Notes: generated by a model from the sequence alone, not told the origin. DNA of 64,000 nucleotides from Macrostomum lignano (GCA_002269645.1 NIVC01000358.1:1-64000); one strand, 5' to 3'; positions 13,061-24,938 are shown, counted from the first letter of the stretch. Numbers and translations: made by a program.

Positions 13061-14963
13061 GAGGGTAGGAGAGAGAATAAAGGGGGGTTAAGAGAGAGAG
13101 AGGGTAGGAGAGAGAGGGTAGGAGAGAGAGGGTAGAAGAGAGAGGGTAGAAGAGAGAGGGTAGGAGAGAGAGGGTAGAAGAGAGAGGGTAGGAGAGAGAA
13201 TAAAGGGGGGTAAGAGAGAGAGGGTAGTAGAGAGAGGGTAGGGGAGAGAGGGTAGAAGAGAGAGGGTAGGAGAGAGGAGGTAGGAGAGAGAGGGTAGAAG
13301 AGAGAGGGTAGGAGAGAGACGGTAGAAGAGAGAGGGTAGGGGAGAGAGGGTAGGAGAGAGGGTAGGAGAGAGAGGGTAGGAGAGAGAGGGTAGGAGAGAG
13401 AGGGTAGGGGAGAGAGGGTAGGAGAGAGAGGGTAGGGGAGAGAGGGTAGGAGAGAGAGGGTAGGAGAGAGAGGGTAGGGGAGAGAGGGTAGGAGAGAGAG
13501 GATAGGAGAGAGAGGGTAGGAGAGAGGGTAGAAGAGAGAGGGTAGGAGAGAGAGGGTAGGACAGAGAGGGTAGGAGAGAGAGGGTAGGACAGAGAGGGTA
13601 GGAGAGAGAGGGTAGGGGAGAGAGGGTAGAAAAGAGAGGGTAGGGGAGAGAGGGTAGAAAAGAGAGGGTAGGGGAGAGAGGGTAGAAAAGAGAGGGTAGG
13701 GGAGAGAGGGTAGAAAAGAGAGGGTAGGGGAGAGAGGGTAGAAAAGAGAGGGTAGGGGAGAGAGGGTAAAAAAGAGAGGGTAGGGGAGAGAGGGTAGGAG
13801 AGAGAGGGTAGTAGAGAGAGGGTAGGAGAGAGAGGGTAGGAGAGAGGGTAGAAGAGAGAGGGTAGGAGAGAGAGGGTAGGACAGAGAGGGTAGGAGAGAG
13901 AGGGTAGGACAGAGAGGGTAGGAGAGAGAGGGTAGGGGAGAGAGGGTAGAAAAGAGAGGGTAGGGGAGAGAGGGTAGAAGAGAGAGGGTAGGAGAGAGAG
14001 GGTAGAAGAGAGAGGGTAGGAGAGAGAATAAAGGGGGGTAAGAGAGAGAGGGTAGTAGAGAGAGGGTAGGGGAGAGAGGGTAGAAGAGAGAGGGTAGGAG
14101 AGAGGAGGTAGGAGAGAGAGGGTAGAAGAGAGAGGGTAGGAGAGAGACGGTAGAAGAGAGAGGGTAGGGGAGAGAGGGTAGGAGAGAGGGTAGGAGAGAG
14201 AGGGTAGGAGAGAGAGGGTAGGAGAGAGAGGGTAGGGGAGAGAGGGTAGGAGAGAGAGGGTAGGGGAGAGAGGGTAGGAGAGAGAGGGTAGGAGAGAGAG
14301 GGTAGGGGAGAGAGGGTAGGAGAGAGAGGATAGGAGAGAGAGGGTAGGAGAGAGAGGGTAGGAGAGAGAGGGTAGGAGAGAGAGGATAGGAGAGAGAGGG
14401 TAGGGGAGAGAGGGTAGGAGAGAGAGGGTAGTAGAGAGAGGGTAGGAGAGAGAGGGTAGGAGAGAGGGTAGAAGAGAGAGGGTAGGAGAGAGAGGTAGGA
14501 GAGAGAGGGTAGAGAGAGGGTAGAGAGATAGAGAGAGAGGGTAGGAGAGAGGGTAGGAGAGAGAGGGTAGGAGAGAGAGGGTAGGAGAGAGAGGGTAGGG
14601 GAGAGAGGGTAGGAGAGAGAGGGTAGTAGAGAGAGGGTAGGAGAGAGAGGGTAGGAGAGAGGGTAGAAGAGAGAGGGTAGGAGAGAGAGGGTAGGAGAGA
14701 GAGGGTAGGAGAGAGAGGGTAGGACAGAGAGGGTAGGAGAGAGAGGGTAGGGAGAGAGGGTAGAAGAGAGGGTAGGGGAGAGAGGGTAGAAAAGAGAGGG
14801 TAGGGGAGAGAGGGTAGAAAAGAGAGGGTAGGGGAGAGAGGGTAGAAAAGAGAGGGTAGGGGAGAGAGGGTAGAAAAGAGAGGGTAGGGGAGAGAGGGTA
14901 GAAAAGAGAGGGTAGGGGAGAGAGGGTAGAAAAGAGAGGGTAGGAGACAGGGTAGGAGTGAGG
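13061..14963. repeat. ~1.9-kb polypurine (+)/polypyrimidine (-) array, 12-14-bp unit GGGTAGGAGAGAGA
   Basis: Almost C-free on the plus strand, with an internal ~828-bp higher-order duplication. Confidence 0.97.
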
Positions 14964-15454
14964 GAACGAATAGAAGCAGTTGTGAAACCCAAGAGCGTCG
15001 CCCCCCAACAAGGTTCGTCCCTCCAGCAGGGCCAGACGTGTACGACGTAAACAAATACACGCGCATGTATAAATGTTTTTTCTCCAATATTGAATTCTCA
15101 GCTTCAATTCTGTTTTAGTAGGCAGGCAGGCAGACATTGGGAGTTATAATAAAGTATTTGGTTTGTGTTCAGCGCGTGCCTAACAAGCCCACCGCAGCTC
15201 CTGGGCCTACAAGATTTTTGCTGACGGTGCACCAAAGTCGAAAATACGGAGCTATAGGGAGAGAAGGAGGCAGAAGCGAAACTTTAATAAACACTGGAGC
15301 CACCAGGGTTCTCAGATTTCAATGCAAAACGAATTTTTCGCAAGCAAAAATGAAATAAGAGTTTTCTTCTTTGCAGCTGAGAAGATGCGCGTTTTGATGG
15401 AGAAATTTTTTTAAATCGTTTGTGTTTTTATTATTCGTGATCAAAAATAAAGAC

Positions 15455-15900
15455 TGAAGGGTTTGTGTGAAGAGTTCAGTGTTTGTGTGAAGATTTCAGT
15501 GTTTGTGTGAAGAGTTCAGTGTTTGTGTGAAGATTTCAAGGTTTGTGTGAAGATTTCAAGGTTTGTGTGAAGATTTCAGTGTTTGTGTAAAGATTTCAGT
15601 GTTTGTGTGAAGATTTCAGTGTTTGTGTAAGGAGTTCAGTGTTTGTGTAAAGATTTCAGTGTTTGTGTGAATAGTTCTGGGTTTGGTGTGAAGATTTCAA
15701 GGTTTGTGTGAAGATTTCAAGGTTTGTGTGAAGATTTCAAGGTTTGTGTGAAGATTTCAGGGTTTGTGTGTGAAGCTTTCAGTGTGTGTGTGTGTGGATG
15801 AATATTTCAGTGTTTTTTGAAGATTTCAGGGCTTGTGTGAATATTTTGGGTTTGTGTGAAGATTTTAAGCTTACGTGCGGGTTTTTGAGTTTGTGTGAAG
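15455..15900. repeat. 20-bp unit minisatellite (GTTTGTGTGAAGATTTCAGT)
   Basis: About 20 copies, degenerate at the right end. Confidence 0.9.
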
Positions 15901-16364
15901 ATTGAGGTTTAAGAAAAGAGTTTGCAAGAAGTTTAGAATTTAGAATTTGATTTTTCGGTAGATTTTATTGTAAACTGCACCAGACTTTATAAGAAATTTA
16001 TCTCGTATATACTCTAAGCAAAGTCTACACTTCTTACTCTGACTGCAGCGTCAATATTATCATGACTCATACTACCTACAATAGGAACTTCTTACCTATT
16101 AATTTTCATTCCTAAACCGATCATTAAAGCCTCTCCTTATCTTTATGATCCATTATTATTATTATCTGTGGCTGCTTTCCTGTCTGTCTGTCAACCTCAG
16201 TCTCTGCGCCTTTGACTTTCTGAGTTTGCTGAGACTGTCTGATATATCTGGCTTATATAATGATAATTCTATAATATTAATACATATCGATTTTGTATTT
16301 CTCATGTTTTTATAGATTTTAGATTCTATAGATCTTTTTTATTCAACGCTCCCACATTCCTCAC

Positions 16365-16453
16365 CTCAAAGCTGAATTCGATGGCTGACTGCTTCGAGTA
16401 AACTACTTTTGATCAATAGGCCGAGACAGCAGAGCAGTATGCAGTAGATCCCG
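16365..16453 (-). CDS. OTOP: Otopetrin-like exon 4 (first TM), 89 nt, containing an apparent 1-nt frameshift
   Basis: ttttcag|C GGG ATC TAC ... TTT GAG|gtgagg. GIYCILLCCLGLL aligns with otopetrin ALYGKLLVVMGIAF. The length does not fit the flanking phases (2 in, 0 out); removing one A from an AAAA run gives ...LIKVVYSKQSAIEFSFE|AFYIYL. Confidence 0.7.
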
Positions 16454-16525
16454 CTGAAAATGGGAATGAGGATTTTAGGGATTTTATAGTTAAAAATCAC
16501 CGTGATAAAAGGTAAAATATGAAGC

Positions 16526-17426
16526 GCTAATCTATAGAATGGATTGCTAATCTATAGAATGGATTGCTAATCTATAGAATGGATTGCTAATCTATAGAAT
16601 GGATTGCTAATCTATGCAATGGATTCCTAATCTATAGAATGGATTGCTAATCTATAGAATGGATTGCTAATCTATAGAATGGATTGCTAATCTATAGAAT
16701 GGATTGCTAATCTATAGAATGGATTGCTAATCTATAGAGTGGATTGCTAATCTATGCAATGGATTGCTAATCTATGCAATGGATTGCTAATCTATGCAAT
16801 GGATTGCTAATCTATGCAATGGATTGCTAATCTATAGAATGGATTGCTAATCTATAGAATGGATTGCTAATCTATGCAATGGATTGCTAATCTATAGAAT
16901 GGATTGCTAATCTATAGAGTGGATTGCTAATCTATGCAATGGATTGCTAATCTATGCAATGGATTGCTAATCTATGCAATGGATTGCTAATCTATGCAAT
17001 GGATTGCTAATCTATGCAATGGATTGCTAATCTATAGAATGGATTGCTAATCTATAGAATGGATTGCTAATCTATGCAATGGATTGCTAATCTATAGAAT
17101 GGATTGCTAATCTATAGAGTGGATTGCTAATCTATGCAATGGATTGCTAATCTATGCAATGGATTGCTAATCTATGCAATGGATTGCTAATCTATGCAAT
17201 GGATTGCTAATCTATGCAATGGATTGCTAATCTATAGAATGGATTGCTAATCTATAGAATGGATTGCTAATCTATGCAATGGATTGCTAATCTATAGAAT
17301 GGATTGCTAATCTATAGAATGGATTGCTAATCTATAGAATGGATTCCTAATCTATAGAATGGATTGCTAAGCTATAGAATGGATTGCTAATCTATAGAAT
17401 GGATTGCTAATCTATAGAATGGATTG
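16526..17426. repeat. 20-bp unit minisatellite (ATAGAATGGATTGCTAATCT) with interspersed ATGCAAT variant units
   Basis: About 45 copies. Confidence 0.97.
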
Positions 17427-17719
17427 TAATTCCAAGTCTTCTCTGTGCCACAATGCAGTAAATCAGGCTTCGATAGAATTAGAAATTCGGCTTCCAGATT
17501 AGCGGTCTGCCTGAACGTGGCACAAGCAGCAGAGCCGAGGCTTCAGTTCTTTTCTCACACAAAAGACAAACAGATGAAAGAGACAGACCTTTGCAAAAAG
17601 AGAGGTTTAAGATAATACCTGATTGAAAAGTACATTTAGCTACAAATAGAATTTTCGTTTGACATTGTCTAGCAATTTGAAAGCATTTTCTAGAAAATAC
17701 TCGTTTCTTTTGACTTGAG

Positions 17720-18300
17720 TGTACTATATGAGTTTACTATTATTTTTATCTATGAGTTTACTATTGTGCTTATCTATGAGTTTACTATTGTGCTTATCAA
17801 TGAGTTTACTATTGTGTTTATCAATGAGTTTACTATTGTATTTATCAATGAGTTTTCTATTGTGTTTATCAATGAGTTTACTATTGTGCTTATCAATGAG
17901 TTTACTATTGTGTTTATCAATGAGTTTACTATTGTATTTATCAATGAGTTTACTATTGTGTTTATCAATGAGTTTACTATTGTGTTTATCAATGAGTTTA
18001 CCATTGTGTTTATCAATGAGTTTACTATTGTGTTTATCAATGAGTTTACTATTGTATTTATCAATGAGTTTACTATTGTGTTTATCAATGAGTTTACTAT
18101 TGTGTTTATCAATGAGTTTACTATTGTGTTTATCAATGAGTTTAATAGTGTGTTTATCAATGAGTTTACTATTGTGTTTGTCAATGAGTTTACTATTGTG
18201 TTTATCTATGAGTTTAATATTGTGTTTATCTATGAGTTTAATATTGTGTTTATCTATGAGTTTACTATTGTGTTTATCTCTGAGTTTACTACAGAGTTTA
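17720..18300. repeat. 24-bp unit minisatellite (TGAGTTTACTATTGTGTTTATCAA)
   Basis: About 24 copies; source of the INEFTIVF repeat ORF. Confidence 0.97.
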
Positions 18301-18879
18301 CTCCAACATCAGTAAGCTCTGGCAAAACGGTCAGAATCGGGACAAATATCTATAATCTAACAGAAAAATCGTTTTCACTTCTCAGATTCTATTTTTAGAT
18401 GCCTGAAACGGCGAGAGGGCGAGCCTGGGTGGGGGGGGGTGAGAGTCTGACAGAAAGCCTCCGGGGGGGGGAGCTTATAGCGAGAGAAGGGAAAAAACAA
18501 CTTCCACATCGCCGGGATATAATTTGTCCACACAACCAGATCAAGCATGGTTTTGTCAATGTGTCCAGAAATGAGACTCCGCGCAGAGGGCACGCAGATC
18601 ATCAGCAGTTTTCGCTCTGCCTCAAATGAATGATGAATGAAAGTACCGGAGACTGGGGAGACTCAACCCAAGCTAGTTGTTTCTTTTTTGCTGCCTATAC
18701 TTTCACAAGAGGTCTCCGTTGGCACTAATTGCTCAACAAGGACGGCTAAAAATAGTAGAAAATTGGATTGGAAATTACCGCGAGCTAAAATCTTCTGGAT
18801 TTTTATTATTCAGGTTTTTTCGTCTGCTTTTATGGCGGCCAAACTCCGGGAATTTGCGCCTTTCAGACACTCAAATCAG

Positions 18880-19280
18880 CGCCCTAAAGACGCCCGAATC
18901 GACGCCCTAAAGACAGCCGATCGGCGCCTCTCAGACTCACATCGACGCCTAAAGACATTCAAATCGCGCCCTAAAGACACCCGAATCGGCGCCCTAAAGA
19001 CACCCGAATCGACGCCCTAAAGACACTCGAATCGACGCCCTAAAGACATTCGAATCGACGCCCTAAAGACACCCGAATCGGACGCCCTAAAGACACCCGA
19101 ATCGGCGCCCTAAAGACACCCGAATTGGCGCCCTAAAGACACCCGAATCGGCGCCCTAAAGACACTCGAATCGACGCCCTAAAGACACTCGAATCGACGC
19201 CCTAAAGACACCCGAATCGACGCCCTAAAGACACCCAAATCGGCGCCCTAACGACACCCGAATCGACGCCCTAAAGACAG
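18880..19280. repeat. 23-bp unit minisatellite (CGCCCTAAAGACACCCGAATCGA) just inside the exon-3 donor
   Basis: About 15 copies. Confidence 0.93.
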
Positions 19281-19304
19281 CCCCACCGCACGTCAAAAGC
19301 TCAC

Positions 19305-19575
19305 TTAAACGCCTCTTGCATATATCCGGTCTGCAGGTCAATGTTGGCAGCACCAGTCGGTTTCAGAATGCCCACCAGAGGCGTCCCGTGCCTGCCAACT
19401 TGCTGAGGATGTCGACGAGGTGACAGCAGCTGATGCTGCTGACTGCAGTGCTGCCTTGGTGCCTTGCCGCCCAGCATCAGAGTTGGCGTCCTTGATGAGG
19501 AGGCATCGGCTTTCGCCAAGATCAAGTGCTGAAACTCTGTTGAGCTCTGCGTCTCGGGGGAAGTATTGCTGATGC
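19305..19575 (-). CDS. OTOP: Otopetrin-like exon 3 (N-terminal cytoplasmic region)
   Basis: ccttgcag|GC ATC ... TTT AA|gtgagc. 271 nt, open, with phases 1 and 2 matching exons 2 and 4. Confidence 0.7.
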
Positions 19576-19704
19576 CTGCAAGGGTGAGAAGTTGATTGAC
19601 AGGTGTGAGGGCTTTTAATTAGGAAGCTAAATGGATAATTTTAAGGATGTGATTCGTTTATGTATAGGACATTTAGAATTTTTAATTTTGAGTGATTGGT
19701 CAAG

Positions 19705-19990
19705 GGGATATTTTGAGTATGTGGATATTTTGAGTATAGGGATATTTTGAGTATAGGGATATTTTGAGTATGGGGATATTTTGAGTATTTGGATATTTTG
19801 AGTATGGGAATATTTTGAGTATGGGGATATTTTGAGTATGGGGATATTCTGAGTATGGGGATATTCTGAGTATGGGGATATTCTGAGTATGGGATATTTT
19901 GAGTATGGGGATATTCTGAGTATGGGGATATTCTGAGTATGGGGATATTTTGATTATGGGGATATTCTGAGTATGGGATGTTTGAGCATG
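19705..19990. repeat. 16-17-bp unit minisatellite (GAGTATGGGGATATTCT)
   Basis: About 16 copies. Confidence 0.9.
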
Positions 19991-20815
19991 GAGACAGTTT
20001 TAGCTTGAGATATTTAGCATAGCTAGTTTTTTTAAGTTACAAAACTTTATAGATGCCCAGAATTGCTGGTTTGAGAAGTGCATCAAGTGCTAATTATAAC
20101 AGGATTTTGTTCTGCTGCATAGAAAGATCCCATGAAAATTGCAGGTTGAGGAACAGGAAACTTCTGGATGAGTCATACGGGAGCGACTGTCTGAAATTTG
20201 ATTGAGCAAAACTGCATCTCCAGAGTCAGACAAGCGAATAAGATGCAAATTACCTAGCCGCGGTTACATGCTAACTGAAAACTCAAACTCGACGATTTTC
20301 CACGAGTTTCTTCTCTTCCGCGTCGGGGGGTTTTCAATTTTTGTCTCGTTTCCTCGGATCAAGCAATTGGTGGGTGGGATGGAGAGCGAGATGTGGTGAC
20401 TGTGTCCTCATGCTTTCCGCAAGATCGAGACGACGTATTCATTGAGACGCAAGTTGCCGACGAAAATTTAATTATGACTCATACTGCACTGCCTCTCCCT
20501 GCTCAATGAAGTTATCCGGACAAAATTAGGCTTTCTACGTTGTAATATTGATTGATGCTCAGTAGCTCAAGCATGCGTAAGGGGAGTTTGAGCTGTCCAT
20601 CTCGATGATGATAAGGATGATCGGGTATCGCGGATAGCTCAATACGGTTGAGCTTCTCAAGCATTGATACGATCGAAACTCGTCGGACAAACTTAATAAT
20701 CAATATTTGTATGGATCAAAGGCCTGTCCTCGCTAAATCGCTTCTGCGCAAGGGTATCTTAAGATGTTCGAAAGATTATGTTAAACTCAATAATGATTTG
20801 ACTGAGTGACAGATC

Positions 20816-20945
20816 CAGGTGAATAAGTCACTGCAATGACTTTGATAGCCACATTAGTGATTGATGCAGGTGAATAAGTCACTGCAATGACTTTGATAGC
20901 CACATTAGTGACTGATGCAGGTGAATAAGTCACTGCAATGACTTC
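20816..20945. repeat. 51-bp tandem repeat, 2.5 copies
   Basis: CAGGTGAATAAGTCACTGCAATGACTTTGATAGCCACATTAGTGA(T/C)TGATG repeated. Confidence 0.85.
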
Positions 20946-22094
20946 GGATTTTCAAGTGACTGATCCGAGTGAGAACAGGATTTACAGTCAAACCATCACT
21001 TCATCCCCTATCTATTCATTGAGTCGGTAGCAGGTCAGAACACATTAGGATAGGGATCGAGCGACTCCAGAGTGAGGCGTTGTCAGAGTGTTCATGGCTA
21101 CTGCGTGAGCGAGACCTATCAGAGTCGGGATCAGTGTCTCGCAATCTGATCAAATCGTTTAATAATTCAGCTGTTAGTCTACACAACACAAAGTTGTCCA
21201 GTGGAGACTTTCCTTGAGCACAATTGTTACCCAGCGGTACAGGTGCACTAAATCACGGAGATAAAAAGTCAAACACCCTCTATCCCATGTAATTCATTAC
21301 CAATAAAGTGAATAACTGATTAGAAAGCATTGAGATTGTGTTTCTCAATCTTGTCTGAGAAAGTGGATCGCTCGCTTCACTGCTGTAGTTCTTGTTATAA
21401 AAGCTTTGATGTCTAATAGAGTTTTGCGCGTGTTTGCGTGGCCAAGAATACGCCAGGTAGCAAGAGAGGAGGACACTGCATTTACACGGGCTGGTTTTGG
21501 CAATGACAGATTAGTCCTCAGTAGTAACTATAGTGGCCTTGCTCGCCGCCGCCTCTCAGTGCTTCTGTTACAAACTCTTCTCCCCTGCTACTCTGAGCTC
21601 CCAAAATCTCTAATGTCATGTGTCACGCTAACTAGCTGCATTGGTAATTTTTTTCTCTACCTTACAGACGCGGAAACTTGGCTTGGAGTAAGCATGACAG
21701 GATTGAGGAGGCTCTCCACTGCCTGGCTGTAGGCGGGACGGTGTGTACGAGTGAGTATAGAGGGCTTTTGAGGGGATAGCAGCGGCGTTTGATTGAAGCT
21801 CCTATTGAGTTTTGATGTACTAGGGGGGGGGGGCATTGCTGTACTAAATAAGCTGCAAAAACGCTGGCATGGAGTGTTTTTTGGATTTTAAAGAATGAAA
21901 ACTAACGATTTTAATATTGAATATTGTACAATCAAAATATTTGCCTGTTAAAATATACCTCGTAGGTGTCAGGACACGCTTAAAAAGAGAGTTCAAGAAA
22001 ATATAATAGAACGGCTAAAGGTTTTTTATTCGGTGACACTAATTTTAGTGTCAAGACACGCTAAGGTAGTGCCAGGAGAAGCTTACATGTAAAA

Positions 22095-22258
22095 GGTGTC
22101 AGAGGGCCTTAAAATCCGTGTCAGAGGGCCTTAAAATCCGTGTCAGAGGGCCTTAAAATCCGTGTCAGAGGGCCTTAAAATCCGTGTCAGAGGGCCTTAA
22201 AATCCGTGTCAGAGGGCCTTAAAATCCGTGTCAGAGGGCCTTAAAATCCGTGTCAGAG
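22095..22258. repeat. 22-bp unit minisatellite (GTGTCAGAGGGCCTTAAAATCC)
   Basis: About 7 perfect copies, starting ~70 nt inside the exon-2 donor. Confidence 0.95.
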
Positions 22259-22328
22259 GAGTCAAGATCTGTATCAGAGGAGACTATAAAATCTGAGTCA
22301 GAGAGCCACCTTAATCTCATCAGCTCAC

Positions 22329-22603
22329 CAGAGTCGGCGACTCCTCCAGCGCACTGGAGCGCGATGCTCTCAACGATGGTCTCAGCCAACACGGTCTCCA
22401 TTCGGCCAGTGGCCGAGCTGAACTGACTGATCAGCGAGTGTCGGGTACCGCAGCCCGGATTCGAACCGGCGCTATTAGACGAGGGCGACGGGCTGCCTAC
22501 AATGTTCATCCCGGCCCGCTGAGGGATGTTCGACTGCAACTGCGGCGGCGGCGGCGGCGGCGGCGGCGGCTGTTTTCGAAGTCCGGAGGAGGCTGCACTC
22601 CAT
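22329..22603 (-). CDS. OTOP: Otopetrin-like exon 2 (poly-Pro, low complexity)
   Basis: aatccag|A TGG ... GAC TCT G|gtgagc. The acceptor was chosen because it is phase-compatible and open; the alternative acceptor at ~22631 gives an immediate stop. Confidence 0.55.
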
Positions 22604-22835
22604 CTGGATTCAGGAAGGTGTTGTTAAAGACTGAAGGTTTATAATTTAGTTTTGAATATTCAAGTATAACAATTTTTGGGAGAGTTTTATAAATAAAAAC
22701 TGAGCGTCTAACAAACAAATTTTAAAGCTGATCAAAGCAACTGAAAATCGAATTAATTTAAACTGATTTCGCATTTATTACGTGCATAGATTGCATGAAT
22801 TCGTAGAAACAATCATTTTATGCATCAGAACTCAC

Positions 22836-23377
22836 ATTCGAGCTTTAAAAGCTGCGGGCCTCAACTCTTCACTGCTAGTCGAACTTGAGGAACTACTCAG
22901 CTGTCTCTGCTGCTGCTGCCGATCGCCTTCGGAGTGGCTTTCGCTGTCCGATGACTGCGGAGATCCGCAGCTTCCGGTTCTGTCACGTGGCGCAGCTTTC
23001 GGACCGGAAGTTCTAGAAATCGCCGACGAAGTCATCGCTGGCAGGATGGCTGGCTGACTGCCGCTGCTGCTGCCGCAACCTCCAGTTGGAGATTCCGCGT
23101 ACGTTGGGCTCGATGCATAACTGGCTTCGTCTTCGTTGAATTGTCGTCTTGAGTAAGAAGACGGAGAAGACGATGCGGCTAGAGCTAGAAAAGGATCGCC
23201 TCGATGGTCTAGAGGCGTTCGCCCAGTCTGAGCGTAGGTCTGTGAGGCTGAGCTAGTCTTTGTAGTCTTTTGTGCTTGCACCTGATGAGCTGACGAATTT
23301 TCGCCGACGGCGTAAAGATTTATTACAGATGGGAAATTTCCATGCTCAATTGATGATTCCGAGCTGCTCTGATACAT
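22836..23377 (-). CDS. OTOP: Otopetrin-like exon 1 (Ser-rich N-terminus, putative start ATG at 23377)
   Basis: ORF MYQSSSESS... ends at CGA AT|gtgagt; GC-rich, exon-like composition. No conserved motif, so assignment rests on phase continuity. Confidence 0.55.
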
Positions 23378-23849
23378 TGATTACCAAATCAGAGCTGCTA
23401 ATGCAAATCCTCGAGTTAAAAGGATTAAGTAAATGACGCGAAATGTAGCCCTGGCGGCGTGCACATTTGCTTTGACATACGTCTCGTGCATTGGATTTGG
23501 ATATAAATGTTCTCAGAAAGTATCGTTTAAAAAACTGCAAGCGCGCTAATGTACATAAACATCTCTTGCTTTTTTACACAGTAAATGTAAAATTTATTAC
23601 TTATTTCTTAAAAAATTTTCCTTTTAGGCCAGAAATTTGTAATTCTTCTAACAGCTCTGAGATCATTTTTTAATTTTTTTTTACTAGCTAACAGTTTAAA
23701 GAATCTTTTCAAATGTATGAAAGATATCGTGGCGCATGGACCATGATCCTATAAAAATTCATACCACTCCTTCTTTGACCGTTTTTGTAAGCGCTTCACT
23801 GGAAAATATACATAAGGGTGGAACTCAGATTTTATTTTCTGAATTAAAA

Positions 23850-23984
23850 ATGCCTAAAAACGCACTGGATAGTTCAACACATTCGCCCATGGACTGTCAC
23901 GTGGGCTAGCAGACAGGATCATCTGGAAGAAACTGCTATAACTTCGCTTAACGAAACCTACGAAACTCTAAAAGAGCTTGGACG
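23850..23984 (+). CDS. DRAK/STK17-like kinase exon 1 (5' boundary uncertain)
   Basis: ...SLNETYETLKELG R|gtaaat splices in phase 2 to T GGC CGC TTC, giving ELGRGRFAKV (Gly-rich loop). The ATG at 23850 is out of frame by 1 nt, so there is either an indel at GGG 23902-23905 or an unseen upstream exon. Confidence 0.6.
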
Positions 23985-24643
23985 GTAAATAGGATTAATT
24001 TCCATTTGTTTTTCTAAAGATGTGTTTGTATATCATTTTATGAAATTGTTGCTATACTAAAATTTGTTTCTTGCATTTATTGCAGCAAAATTAAAAAAAG
24101 AGTAAATTTAGAATTATAAAATATCTATATAAAATTGATTTTTGATATAATAAAAAGTTGTGCTGTTTGGTATACAGTATAAAAAATTAGCAATTAAACA
24201 AGTAATATTAAACTTTTAACTTAACCTAATTCTAATATAAAAACCTAAAATTAGCCAAAAAATTCGATTCAGCGCTATTTCTATATGACAGAGGAAACTA
24301 AGCCTTTTATGTTTAAAAAATCATTGTAATTATGTAACAATAAAAACTAAAATATTTGCTTAAGTGTTTAACAATAAACATTGTTGAAAAAATATAAATA
24401 AGCTTCCCAGTTGAAAGCTATAATTGTAAGAAAAATGACATAGAAGTCAAATAAAAAACTATTTAATGTTTCAAGGTCTTGCTTAATAGAATACAAAAAA
24501 CAGTATGATTTTTTAAACTTGAATCTAAAACTTTAAACAACTTTTTTGCAATAGCAATAGTGCCATTTAAAAATATTTTAGATATTATATTTGCCAGTCA
24601 GCATAAAATAAAATCTGTTAAAATTTTTCTTTGTTTTAATCAG

Positions 24644-24938
24644 TGGCCGCTTCGCTAAAGTTGTCGCCGTACGGCACCGCGCCAACGGCGAGCTGTTCTC
24701 CGCCAAGCTGCAGCGCTGGCGCAGATTCTGCGGCAACGGGCGCAACATGAAGAGCATCGTTGACACGGAGCTGAGCATCCTGCGAATGGCGCACGGGCAC
24801 GCCAGTTTTGTTCAAATGCGCCGTTGCTTAGCAACCAAGCAGGAGTCCGTCATTCTGCTCGAGACGTGCCAGGGTGGCAGTCTGCAGGATGCCGTCATCG
24901 CGTCAATTGGCGACGATTGCGAGGACTGCAACGGACGA
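24644..24938 (+). CDS. DRAK/STK17-like kinase exon 2
   Basis: ttttaatcag|T GGC CGC TTC. GRFAKVVAVRHRANGELFSAK (VAIK Lys)...TELSILR (alphaC Glu)...ILLETCQGGSL. The 3' donor (CGA|gttcgt) is tentative. Confidence 0.8.

Noticed and set aside
12948-15137. 729-, 681- and 634-aa Leu/Ser/Pro/Tyr-rich minus-strand ORFs
   Set aside because: Translation of the polypyrimidine array. Only 12771-12972 is real exon.
880-17426. Possible CRISPR arrays among the regular repeats
   Set aside because: Units are head-to-tail without unique spacers, there are no cas genes, and the context is eukaryotic introns.
17715-18398. 227-aa INEFTIVF-repeat ORF and its alternative frames
   Set aside because: A 24-bp minisatellite open in several frames and on both strands, with no splice or homology support.
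20512-20760. Possible second LINE 3' fragment on the minus strand
   Set aside because: Similarity is at chance level by eye.
21340-21660. Possible LINE reverse-transcriptase C-terminal remnant on the minus strand (IRDFG..., RTNLSL...)
   Set aside because: Only weak motif resemblance, with stops; cannot be supported without a profile search (tBLASTn against RTE/CR1/L2 ORF2 would decide).
22452-22472. tRNA T-arm/B-box-like GGTTCGAATCC on the minus strand
   Set aside because: No A box, D arm, anticodon arm or acceptor stem; it lies within otopetrin exon 2 coding sequence (AGSNPG).
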